Assembly (NCBI GenBank): GCA_030428125.1
Contig: JAUIBF010000002.1
Span: 15,910-79,909 of the forward strand
Source of the DNA: a bacterium
Lineage (GTDB): Bacteria > Patescibacteriota > Saccharimonadia > Saccharimonadales > SZUA-47
DNA: 64,000 nucleotides
Direction: 5' to 3'
This document shows, piece by piece, positions 9,532-18,343 of the stretch. Under the pieces are notes generated by a model. The model did not search any database and was not told the DNA's origin. It saw only the letters and a list, made by a program, of their open reading frames with translations. Within the stretch, counting starts at the first letter, position 1, and the number at the start of each line of letters is the position of its first letter. The translations under genes were made by a program, and so were the position numbers.

Positions 9532-10422
9532 TTACATTTTTCGGTAGCGCTCGATAAATTTTGTTGCTGCTTTTTTTGGAAGTAGCTTCGAGATCATTCG
9601 TACTGTGAAATTTTGATCATATTTGGTCTTGCTCATAATATAACCAACACCTATTTTACCCTGCTTCAAATCTTCTCTTAAGAATTTATTCATCAGGTAG
9701 TTTGCGTAGTGGACTTTTTTATCGTTGCCTGAAAAACTAGTGTTTCCTTGAGCCCCGGCTTTGAATTTTCGATGATGGTAATTTGCTAGCGCAAATCCTG
9801 GATCCAAAAAATCAACATCATATTTTTGTAAGAATCGAATACCAAAATCCCAATCGCCCATTACCTCTAAGGTCTCGTCGTATTTACCAACTTTTTCATA
9901 TGCATCTCTAGTGAAAATAAAACAAACTGGTGTCATTTGATTATCAACAAATTGCCTGTATAAATTTACGGCCCTCATTTCCGGCATCCACTCTGATGTT
10001 TTCAGGTGCTTTATCGATTTACCACTACTATCAATTTTTTCAACAATTTTATTGGTTCGTACAACAACGCCTTTTGAATTTGTAGATTCAAGATGTGCCA
10101 ATACCCGTTCAACAAGCTCTGGATGCCAGGTATCATCATCGTCAAGAATTGCTATGTATTTAGTTGCTACTTCGTTAATACCGGCATTTGTGGCAATCTC
10201 GATCTTGCCTTTTGTACTTACTTTTAGGATTTTGGTTTCATGGTCACGACCAGCAAAACTCTCTACTGCATTTCTTACTGTCTGCTCATCACCCGAATCG
10301 TTAACGATTATGTGAACGAAATTTTTATTTGTCTGAGACTTTACTGACTCCAGAACTCGTTCGAGAAACAGTGGTCTGTCTTTTGTTCTAGTAACAATTC
10401 CGAGTAGTGGCGTCTGGTTCAT
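9532..10422 (-). CDS. glycosyltransferase family 2
   Basis: LLGIVTRTKDRPLFLERVLESVKSQTNKNFVHIIVNDSGD plus the DDDD acidic motif (AILDDDDTW). The track ORF is 9532..10482. The MNQTPLL start at 10422 avoids the overlap with the upstream gene. Confidence 0.85.
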   Translation of the reverse strand: MNQTPLLGIVTRTKDRPLFLERVLESVKSQTNKNFVHIIVNDSGDEQTVRNAVESFAGRDHETKILKVSTKGKIEIATNAGINEVATKYIAILDDDDTWHPELVERVLAHLESTNSKGVVVRTNKIVEKIDSSGKSIKHLKTSEWMPEMRAVNLYRQFVDNQMTPVCFIFTRDAYEKVGKYDETLEVMGDWDFGIRFLQKYDVDFLDPGFALANYHHRKFKAGAQGNTSFSGNDKKVHYANYLMNKFLREDLKQGKIGVGYIMSKTKYDQNFTVRMISKLLPKKAATKFIERYRKM

Positions 10423-10435
10423 ATAAATCCGTTCT

Positions 10436-11752
10436 TTACTTAAATATTTTATCAATAACCCTCTTAGATACCTTGCCGTCATCTAGATAACAGAAGCGTT
10501 TCTTGAACTTTTTTAGCTTGGCGCTATGATTTCTGGTGTAGTTCTGTATGCTTTTTAAAGTCGAAGCAACTTCGTCGTTCGTCTCTAGGATGTCGCCAGG
10601 TAGTTCGTCAAGCCCTAGATAAAATCCACGAAGTTCACTAGCATACTGCTGCTTGTCATACATGAAAAATACAATGGGCTTCTCCAAAATTGCATAGTCG
10701 AAAAATACACTGGAATAGTCAGTCATTAGACAGTCTGCCACAATGTATAACTCATTTATGTCGAGGTGCTGGCTGACATCATAGACAAATCCTTCGTACT
10801 TTGAGAAGTCAAAGCTGTTAGCTATAAAGTAGTGCGCTCTAAATAGTACTACCCAGTCTTTACCCAACTCCTTTTGAAGCTTATCGAAGTCCGCCCCTAA
10901 CTCGTATGTATAGCCTTGTTTTAGATCGTGCTGGTTATCCCTCCATGTTGGAGCGTACAACAGTACTTTTTTATTTTTGGGTATTTCTAGGTTTAGTTTT
11001 ATGCGTTCAACGTCACTCTTAGTGTAATTTACCAGGTAGTCATTTCTTGGATATCCTTTTTCTAAGATTTCAACATTGCTACTATCGTCTATTACGAAAG
11101 CTGTTTTAAGCTTTTCGGTATAAAATTCACTTGGTGATAATAGATAGTCCCACTTTTCGGACTCTTGTTTATAAATAGCTGCTAATTTTTCTGTGGTATG
11201 TACCGCGTTTGCACCTACTTCTATATCAGCCCCTAGACGCTTCAGAGGTGTGCCATGCCATGTCTGAACATAGACGTGATTTTTGCTAGGTTCTACTCCG
11301 TCTTGTATGCGTGAGTTTGACACCCAGTATTTAGCCTTGGCTAATGTTTCGTAATACTCGGTAGTGTTGTACACAACTGTTGTTGCTCGTGCGTATTGTG
11401 CTAGTTCGTTTTCGTGACTTTGCTTCAAGGCCTTATCAGTTAGAAGACTTTTTGCTAACTCAGACTTACCGTCAAACTCTTTTGAGTTAATGCTTTTGAA
11501 TACCCATATAAACTTCCAGTCATCAAAAAAAGGATCACTCAACATTTCCCGATACAGGGCTAGTGGTGAGTCAGAGTATCCTCGACCCATGAATGATATA
11601 AATACTACTGTTTTATCATCCTGCTTATTATTCTTGGTTAGCTCTTTAAATCTTTTTCGGAGTCGTTCTGTGCCAACTTTGCGTGCCATGTTGTGCACTT
11701 TTACCGAACGCTTTGATGCTTCACGCACGGCAACATGTATAACTTTTTTCAT
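10436..11752 (-). CDS. CDP-glycerol glycerophosphotransferase (TagB/TagF family)
   Basis: VQTWHGTPLKRLG and LYAPTWRD are hallmark TagF-family motifs. The track ORF extends to 11872. The internal start MKKVIHVAV at 11752 removes the overlap with the upstream nuclease gene. Confidence 0.85.
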   Translation of the reverse strand: MKKVIHVAVREASKRSVKVHNMARKVGTERLRKRFKELTKNNKQDDKTVVFISFMGRGYSDSPLALYREMLSDPFFDDWKFIWVFKSINSKEFDGKSELAKSLLTDKALKQSHENELAQYARATTVVYNTTEYYETLAKAKYWVSNSRIQDGVEPSKNHVYVQTWHGTPLKRLGADIEVGANAVHTTEKLAAIYKQESEKWDYLLSPSEFYTEKLKTAFVIDDSSNVEILEKGYPRNDYLVNYTKSDVERIKLNLEIPKNKKVLLYAPTWRDNQHDLKQGYTYELGADFDKLQKELGKDWVVLFRAHYFIANSFDFSKYEGFVYDVSQHLDINELYIVADCLMTDYSSVFFDYAILEKPIVFFMYDKQQYASELRGFYLGLDELPGDILETNDEVASTLKSIQNYTRNHSAKLKKFKKRFCYLDDGKVSKRVIDKIFK

Positions 11753-11831
11753 TTTCTCGCTTTCTTTATTGTATACCAGTATACAGGGTGCGAGGTGCTT
11801 GAATAAAGTCGGCTTTGAGTTGAAAACTAGC

Positions 11832-13790
11832 CTAACAGGAGCCTTTACCCCAGCTATAACACTTTGTGTCATGGCGATATGGATTCAGTAGCTCAACTTC
11901 ACGTGAACCTGTGTTGTATAGGATGCCTTTGGACTTGCCCCAGTACATTCTTGTCTTCGTGTTTTTTCCTTTTCCTATGTATATTGTTATCGATTCTCCT
12001 GGATCCATCGGACGGCTTGCAACTGAAACTAGCTGATATGGTCCGACTTTGATTTTCCAGTTCTGTAAATCCTGACGAGCTGCGCTTGTATTCTTTATGC
12101 GTATCCATTCACCATTTGGGTTCTTTGCGTCGTTACCTGGAGCGTTATAGTTTACCCTATCAATCGTGAGCCCGTAGCTGTACCCACATGAAATACTGCA
12201 TGGCCATGAATGCTCTGCAATTACTGCGTCTCCGGAACTCCTCAGCTGGAGGAAATCACCCGAGTTGCTGAGAATTCCACCTGAATTACCCCAGTACTTG
12301 TTGTAGCGAGTGTGGGTACCACTACCTATTCTTACCCTCAGATAACTATTAGGCCCTATCATAGATCCAACAGGAAATGTAAACGTATGACCAGGCGTAT
12401 ATAGCTTATAGTTAGTCAACCATATACTCTTGTTGCTCGTATTTTGAATGGCAACCCATTCACCATTCGGATTCGTAACGTCGTTTCCGGAAGCATCAAA
12501 GTTTACGAACATACGAACGGCAGCTCTAACTGACTGGGCTCCACACTCGTCAGTGTTCCCCCATGTATAGCAGTCCATTTCCCAAGAGTCTGGATTCAGG
12601 ACTTGCACATAATCTTTGCCTGAGTTGTTTAGGATACCACTTTGGTTCCCCCAATATTTAATGCTCGATGTGCTTATTCCGGTACCTATTTTAATGATTA
12701 ATCTTTGGCCAGGATAAATTTTGTCGCCAACTGCGAATCTGTAGAATTTTCCACTTTCTTTAACTCTCCAATTATTCAAATCAATGGTAGTGTCACCGAC
12801 ATTACGAAGCCTAATCCACTCACCATTAGGGTTAGTGGCATCGTTGCCTGGTGCGTCATATTGCACATCCTCAACCACCAAGGACTTCCAAGGTTCACAT
12901 GTCGAGGTACATGGCCAGAATTTTGCAGCCCTCATATTCAAATCTAAGTCACGTATATACACAACGTCTGTCTCATTATTTAGCCAAGGCTCGTCCAAAC
13001 CTAGATAAGTCTTAGTTGCGGTGCTGGTACCATACCCTGAGTATATTCTGTGAATCCCCCCCGGTTGCACTGATGCACCACTCGGAATTGTATGGGTGTG
13101 CCCGTTAAGTCGTGCACTCCCACGTATAGTCCAGTCACTCATATCTAAAGTAGCTGCTCCTTTGTTTCTCAGCTCTATGTACTCGCCATTCACATTAGCG
13201 AAGTCGTTACCTTCGGCATCATAATTAACATAAGTTTCAACTTCTGGCCACGAGGACGGCGCCCCTCCACAAACACCTGGTAACCATAAACCACGTTCTG
13301 CAACCTTTGCTTCCTCGCCGTACTTAAAGTACCAGTATTTATAGCTAGGCTCCTCAGCAAAACTAGCCGGCAACCCCATTCCTTCTGCAATCATTTTTAT
13401 CGCCAGGTTATTTACATATCCTGGACCATAAAAAACATGTCGTAATGCCCTAGTCTGTGAACTTGAAGTTGGATCTTCCGCCACTAACTTTACTGACGAA
13501 CCAATGGGTATCAGCTCTTCTAGTCTTGTTGTAGCTGCATCTGCAAGACACTCACCTTCAGCAACTTCGTTTGTGTCCAGTCCTGCAACCCTAATTGTAG
13601 TTGAGGGATGTGTTGCTCCTGAGTCCCAAGTAATCTCAAATGTGTCTCCATCCCATATATTTGTTACTGTTCCGTAACCACTCTCTAGTGCTGCAACTTG
13701 ATTGCTTTCAAATGGCATGCTGGCTATAACGCCTAATAGAATTAGTAATGCAGCTGTTATATTTAGTGATTTATGGAATAGATTGGTCAT
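11832..13790 (-). CDS. secreted thermonuclease (SNase)-like nuclease with four lamin-tail domains
   Basis: Signal peptide MTNLFHKSLNITAALLILLGVIASM (start at 13790; the track ORF extends to 13871). SNase core: NIWDGDTFEITW...IRVAGLDTNEV...ALRHVFY. There are four LTD repeats, each starting V(N/Q)(Y/F)(D/N)AxGNDxxNxNGE(Y/W)(I/V)x(L/I)xN. Confidence 0.85.
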   Translation of the reverse strand: MTNLFHKSLNITAALLILLGVIASMPFESNQVAALESGYGTVTNIWDGDTFEITWDSGATHPSTTIRVAGLDTNEVAEGECLADAATTRLEELIPIGSSVKLVAEDPTSSSQTRALRHVFYGPGYVNNLAIKMIAEGMGLPASFAEEPSYKYWYFKYGEEAKVAERGLWLPGVCGGAPSSWPEVETYVNYDAEGNDFANVNGEYIELRNKGAATLDMSDWTIRGSARLNGHTHTIPSGASVQPGGIHRIYSGYGTSTATKTYLGLDEPWLNNETDVVYIRDLDLNMRAAKFWPCTSTCEPWKSLVVEDVQYDAPGNDATNPNGEWIRLRNVGDTTIDLNNWRVKESGKFYRFAVGDKIYPGQRLIIKIGTGISTSSIKYWGNQSGILNNSGKDYVQVLNPDSWEMDCYTWGNTDECGAQSVRAAVRMFVNFDASGNDVTNPNGEWVAIQNTSNKSIWLTNYKLYTPGHTFTFPVGSMIGPNSYLRVRIGSGTHTRYNKYWGNSGGILSNSGDFLQLRSSGDAVIAEHSWPCSISCGYSYGLTIDRVNYNAPGNDAKNPNGEWIRIKNTSAARQDLQNWKIKVGPYQLVSVASRPMDPGESITIYIGKGKNTKTRMYWGKSKGILYNTGSREVELLNPYRHDTKCYSWGKGSC

Positions 13791-13941
13791 GAACTTTTTG
13801 TTTCTATTTTTGCTAGTTAGAGTATTAAATTTGTATAGTTTTATACTAACATAAGCTTTATCTTTTGTCAATTTACTTTTGTTGCTTTTTTGATTTGGCT
13901 TATGGCTTTTTATGCTTGTTTATGGTATATTAGAAGTACTT

Positions 13942-14514
13942 ATGCTAAAACAAAAAAAGTACATCATCTTTATAGTTCTGACTCTGGCGCTGATAGGGAT
14001 TATATCTCTGGTCGTTGCACTAAATAACTCAGGTGGCGAATCGGCGCCTACCCCTCCTGCAGAAAATATTGATAACGAGTCGCAAACTACAAGTGAGGAG
14101 CCTACTGCGCAGTCTAACTTTTCTGACGGAGACGAACGAGAACCAGGTAACTCACTGTCCGAAGACGATGGTGTTGGGTCTGTTGAAAATGATAATGCTC
14201 CAGTTGAACCAACCGACAACCCTATAGCCTCTGATGATGATAAAACGGTGGTATACTCACCGACAAATAACCAAATGATACTATCCGGTTCTGCGATCTC
14301 AGGTAATACCCAAAATGATAACGTGTACTTTAGACTTATCGACAATAAAGTAGGCTTGATTGGGGAAGGTAAATTAACTCTTAAAGACAATGGCGATTTC
14401 TCGGGAAAATTCAATATCGACAGTCACGGCGATAAGGGTAGATTAGATATATTTTCAAGAAGTAATGAAGGCATAGAGTATAGTGCTGTATATATTGATG
14501 TGAGGTTCAAATGA
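13942..14514 (+). CDS. hypothetical secreted/anchored protein
   Basis: The N-terminal anchor MLKQKKYIIFIVLTLALIGIISLVVAL is followed by an acidic low-complexity linker and a small beta-rich C-terminal domain. The track ORF starts at 13912. The stop overlaps the start of the next gene (ATGA). Confidence 0.55.
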   Translation: MLKQKKYIIFIVLTLALIGIISLVVALNNSGGESAPTPPAENIDNESQTTSEEPTAQSNFSDGDEREPGNSLSEDDGVGSVENDNAPVEPTDNPIASDDDKTVVYSPTNNQMILSGSAISGNTQNDNVYFRLIDNKVGLIGEGKLTLKDNGDFSGKFNIDSHGDKGRLDIFSRSNEGIEYSAVYIDVRFK

Positions 14515-16220
14515 AGGTAATGACCATTAAAGGCACATCTTATGTTATGTTCATGATCATTTTATTGCTAGCAATGATTTTGTTAGCTATTCCTGAAAGA
14601 GTTGGCGCGTCTTATCAAGGTGGACGTTTAATAGATAACAATGTTTTCCTTCATGCTACTAGCATGAGCAAGTCTCAGATCCAGAATTTTTTGGAAGACA
14701 GAAATAGTGGTCTAGCTACGAGAGAATACGAACTTATGTGCTATGGTTCTGATAGTAAGGAACGAGAATGGTACACTAACGCAGGCGCAGAATGTGACGA
14801 GGACATACCGGCTTCGCACATAATTTACTACGCTGCACGAATCTACGGAGTTAGCCCTAAGGTTATACTGTCTACTCTACAAAAAGAACAGAGTCTTGTA
14901 ACTACCTCAAATCCTACGTCGTGGCAGCTTGATCACGCCATGGGATATGGATGCCCAACGTCTGGTAGTTGTAGCACTTCTTCATTCCCTGCTCAAATTG
15001 ACTCTGGTACATGGGCTCTACGCTGGCACTATGAGAGAGCAAATGGCAACAATAGTTGGTGGCGAGACTCTAGTGGTTGGACCTGCGGCACTGAGAAAAA
15101 TTATTACAAGCCTAACTTATATCCTAAACAAAATGTTAGTTTTTATGACCAGAACGGTGTTAAGTACAGAACCCATTACATAAATAACGCTGCAACTTCT
15201 GCGCTCTATTGTTACACTCCCCATGCCTATAACAACCCTGACGGACTATACGGTAGAGCCCCTTATGGCACAACTGGCATGTACTACAGTGGCAGCTATA
15301 ACTTTGTGTACTGGTACGAGGCTTGGTTCGGCAGCACAACCTCAAGCTGGGCGCTTTGGTCAGAAACGGGTGGTGGAGCTATCTGGTCAACTGAGGCTAG
15401 CCCTAGTCTGTCTTTTGGGCCAAACGGCGACTTTCTACTTACAGCAATTGCTGAAGATGGTCATTTGCTTGTACGTAAGGGCACCTTTGGTGGAAGTTGG
15501 GCTGAGTGGGAAACACATTCTGGTGGATCAAACTGGTCAAGTGCAACTGCCGGTTTCAATGACGAGAGTCAATTACCTAGAATCTTCGCTATTGATAAAG
15601 ACGGACAGATGCATTACAGATATAAAAATGACGGTGGATGGAGTAATTGGTCAGAAACGGGTGGTGGAGCTGTCTGGTCAACTGAGGCTAGCCCTAGTCT
15701 ATCTTTTGGGCCAAACGGAAAATTTATCCTAAGCGCTATTACAAAGAACGGTTACCTACGCGTTCGCCAAGGATCTTTTGGTGGCTCATGGGACAACTGG
15801 CAAACACTTGGTGGTAGTGGATCATGGGCCAATGTCACTGCCGGTTTCAATGACGAGAGTCAATTACCTAGAATCTTCGCTATTGATAAAGACGGACAGA
15901 TGCATTATCAGTATTTTGGAGAAAATAACTGGGTTGGATGGAGTGCTATAGGTGGTGGGGCTGTCTGGTCAACATATTCTGCACCACATTTATCATTTGG
16001 TCCTCGAGGTGAGTTCCTTTTGACGGCCATCACAAATACGGGGAGCATGCGTGTTCGACAAGGTACATTTGGTGGCTCATGGAACAACTGGGCTACACAT
16101 GCTGGAGGTAACAACTGGAAAGGAGTAAGTGCCGGTTTCAATGACGAGAGTCAATTACCTAGAATCTTCGCTATTGATAAAGACGGACAGATGCATTACA
16201 GATATAAACTCTGGCTGTAG
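14511..16220 (+). CDS. secreted protein: N-terminal uncharacterised domain + six-blade beta-propeller (lectin-like) repeat region
   Basis: Signal/anchor sequence. The N-terminal domain contains IIYYAARIYGVSPKVILSTLQKEQSLV. The C-terminal half holds six W-rich units of about 48 aa arranged as three 97-aa super-repeats (WSETGGGAxWST..SFGPNG...VRxGxFGGSW..W...AGFNDESQLPRIFAIDKDGQMHY). Confidence 0.8.
   Translation: MKVMTIKGTSYVMFMIILLLAMILLAIPERVGASYQGGRLIDNNVFLHATSMSKSQIQNFLEDRNSGLATREYELMCYGSDSKEREWYTNAGAECDEDIPASHIIYYAARIYGVSPKVILSTLQKEQSLVTTSNPTSWQLDHAMGYGCPTSGSCSTSSFPAQIDSGTWALRWHYERANGNNSWWRDSSGWTCGTEKNYYKPNLYPKQNVSFYDQNGVKYRTHYINNAATSALYCYTPHAYNNPDGLYGRAPYGTTGMYYSGSYNFVYWYEAWFGSTTSSWALWSETGGGAIWSTEASPSLSFGPNGDFLLTAIAEDGHLLVRKGTFGGSWAEWETHSGGSNWSSATAGFNDESQLPRIFAIDKDGQMHYRYKNDGGWSNWSETGGGAVWSTEASPSLSFGPNGKFILSAITKNGYLRVRQGSFGGSWDNWQTLGGSGSWANVTAGFNDESQLPRIFAIDKDGQMHYQYFGENNWVGWSAIGGGAVWSTYSAPHLSFGPRGEFLLTAITNTGSMRVRQGTFGGSWNNWATHAGGNNWKGVSAGFNDESQLPRIFAIDKDGQMHYRYKLWL
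15549..16199 (+). repeat. three perfect ~69-nt intragenic repeats spaced exactly 291 nt apart
   Basis: gccggtttcaatgacgagagtcaattacctagaatcttcgctattgataaagacggacagatgcatta occurs at about 15549, 15840 and 16131. A second near-identical block (tggtcagaaacgggtggtggagct...) recurs with the same period. Confidence 0.85.
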
Positions 16221-16243
16221 TTTTGCTTAGAAGTATGATTTTA

Positions 16244-18343
16244 TTATTTTCTTTCGGAGAGTGAGTCGAGTAGCCACTTGCCACTATGGGCGCGCTTCTT
16301 GTCCAATATACCCTCGACCTTTTCCCAGTTTATTGTTTTGAATTTTTTAATATCAACAGATTTGCGCTTACTCTGTTCTATGACCCTGTCTTCAAGTCCC
16401 AGAGGCTTTAACAGCTCCATTATGCGTGCTGTCCCCCCGCCCTTTTTATCAAAAACAACGAAAGGAGTATGAAAAATGATTGAAAAAATTACTGCGTGGT
16501 AAGAATCTGTAACTACTACTTCTGCGTCACGTATACTCTTTAGCCATTTTTCCATCGAAGGTAGCGCAACACCCCTGTATGGCCCGAGGTATGGAAGAAT
16601 ACCCTTAGATTTAGTCTCATACCGTTCCTCGTACTGTGAAATTGTAGATTTAATGAGATCAGTAGGATCAATCATATAGTAGAAAACTTTGGAAACTTCT
16701 TTATCTTTAACGCTTGACCTATTTACTAGTGCTGAGTATGTCCTAGCTTGAATCAGAAGTGTTGGATCTAGAACTTGTTCAACTTTTTTCGCTCCGAGCT
16801 CTTCCGCAAGCTGAACTCCTGATGCCTCACGCACAGAAATGTGGTCAAATTTCTTTATCAAAGGAGTAACCTTTTCTTTACGGCGATCTACGATTCCGGC
16901 TTCTTCCAAACTATCAACACCAAAGCTCGCTGCATAAGCCACTCGTTTAGTTTTAGGGTTATTAACGAAACTCAAAAACTGTATACCAAAATTTTTCCAA
17001 CCTTTATTAACCGAGAAATGGCGCCATATCTGGTCTGACCCAACAATGTATGTTTTATAAAATTTTGACACTCTAGGGTTGAATTTTTCTTGTACAAGAT
17101 ACTTGTCGACAAACTTCTTAACATGTCGATGGTGTTTGTTTACCTCTCCTGTATGCAGATCAAACATCACGTATTTGTAGTTGTTCATCTCAAGGAATTT
17201 TTGTAGAGCAAAACGCTGAATTACGTTGCCATAATTATTGTAGACTGTAAGCGTTACAATCGCGCCGTCATACTTAGCATGCCTTTTCACTAATGCCTTT
17301 GCTTGCCGAGCTCTCACCCTTGGACTAATGCGTTTTCTGAGCTTCTGGGCAGTAGAGGTTGTTAGGTTGTCTATTTTTTTTTCTCTTTTGTTATCGATTT
17401 TTCCAAATTTCGGATTTTTAGAAAATAGCGACAGCTCCATTCTTAAACCCTCTCTCAAAGGCATCAAGTCCTTCTGTTTTATTCCTGTTATTTTTTGAGC
17501 CTTTGTATTATCAATCCTACGATCATATGATCTGTTGTACATGTACATATACTTTAGTCCATACACGTCGAGATACTTCTGATCAGACACTAACTTTACC
17601 TTCACGCCGAGATATTCTTTATACAAATCTAGGATCGACTTCCATGTTTGACTCTCTGAAGAAGACACATTAACAGTTTCGCCAAATGCTGACTTTTTCA
17701 GGATTAGGTGCGCAATTATTCTTGCTGCATCGCCTGCCCATGTCATAGTTGCCTCTTTGCTTAATATGCCTCTAGGGAAAATTAGCGACTTTCCATTCAT
17801 TGCTCTATAAAGAAAACCGTCTGTTCCTGCGTTCCCTAAAAAGAATCTATCCTTGGAGTATGTAATCGCGGGTCGAAGAATAGTCCAGTTTTTGCGCTTT
17901 GATTTAAAAAGATAGTTTTCCTGTCTTGCTTTAGCTAGAGCATATTCATCGGTCTCTAGATACTTTTTATCCTTTAAGGTGTCCAGCAGACGAGGCGAGT
18001 CCTCTTTCAATGGACTGTCAGACTCCCCATACACCCTGTAAGACGACAGGTACAGATAGTGGTTCGTGTTGTTTAGTAACATATCAGCTCTTTCGGTGAA
18101 TTCCTGAGTGTTGTACAACATGAAATCAACGATTGCGTCATATTGCTTTGAGTCAATAAGTTTCTCCAGAAACATCTTGTCTTTAGCGTTACCTTTTATG
18201 TAATGAAGCCTATTTTCATTCGACTCGCGATCGCTTCTTGAAGTCACAAAAACCTCAAACCCTCTATCCAGAAGCTCGGGAACCAAATATGCTCCCATTG
18301 CCCCCGTACCTCCTAGGACTAAAACTTTTGCTACTCGCGGCAT
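16244..18343 (-). CDS. fusion protein: NAD-dependent epimerase/dehydratase (N-terminal) + polysaccharide pyruvyl transferase (C-terminal)
   Basis: 699 aa. The N-terminus KVLVLGGTGAMGAYLVPELLDRGFEV is an SDR Rossmann GxxGxxG. The C-terminus ...VVTDSYHAVIFSIIFHTPFVVF matches the conserved end of the pyruvyl transferase (CsaB/WcaK-like) family. Confidence 0.75.
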   Translation of the reverse strand: MPRVAKVLVLGGTGAMGAYLVPELLDRGFEVFVTSRSDRESNENRLHYIKGNAKDKMFLEKLIDSKQYDAIVDFMLYNTQEFTERADMLLNNTNHYLYLSSYRVYGESDSPLKEDSPRLLDTLKDKKYLETDEYALAKARQENYLFKSKRKNWTILRPAITYSKDRFFLGNAGTDGFLYRAMNGKSLIFPRGILSKEATMTWAGDAARIIAHLILKKSAFGETVNVSSSESQTWKSILDLYKEYLGVKVKLVSDQKYLDVYGLKYMYMYNRSYDRRIDNTKAQKITGIKQKDLMPLREGLRMELSLFSKNPKFGKIDNKREKKIDNLTTSTAQKLRKRISPRVRARQAKALVKRHAKYDGAIVTLTVYNNYGNVIQRFALQKFLEMNNYKYVMFDLHTGEVNKHHRHVKKFVDKYLVQEKFNPRVSKFYKTYIVGSDQIWRHFSVNKGWKNFGIQFLSFVNNPKTKRVAYAASFGVDSLEEAGIVDRRKEKVTPLIKKFDHISVREASGVQLAEELGAKKVEQVLDPTLLIQARTYSALVNRSSVKDKEVSKVFYYMIDPTDLIKSTISQYEERYETKSKGILPYLGPYRGVALPSMEKWLKSIRDAEVVVTDSYHAVIFSIIFHTPFVVFDKKGGGTARIMELLKPLGLEDRVIEQSKRKSVDIKKFKTINWEKVEGILDKKRAHSGKWLLDSLSERK

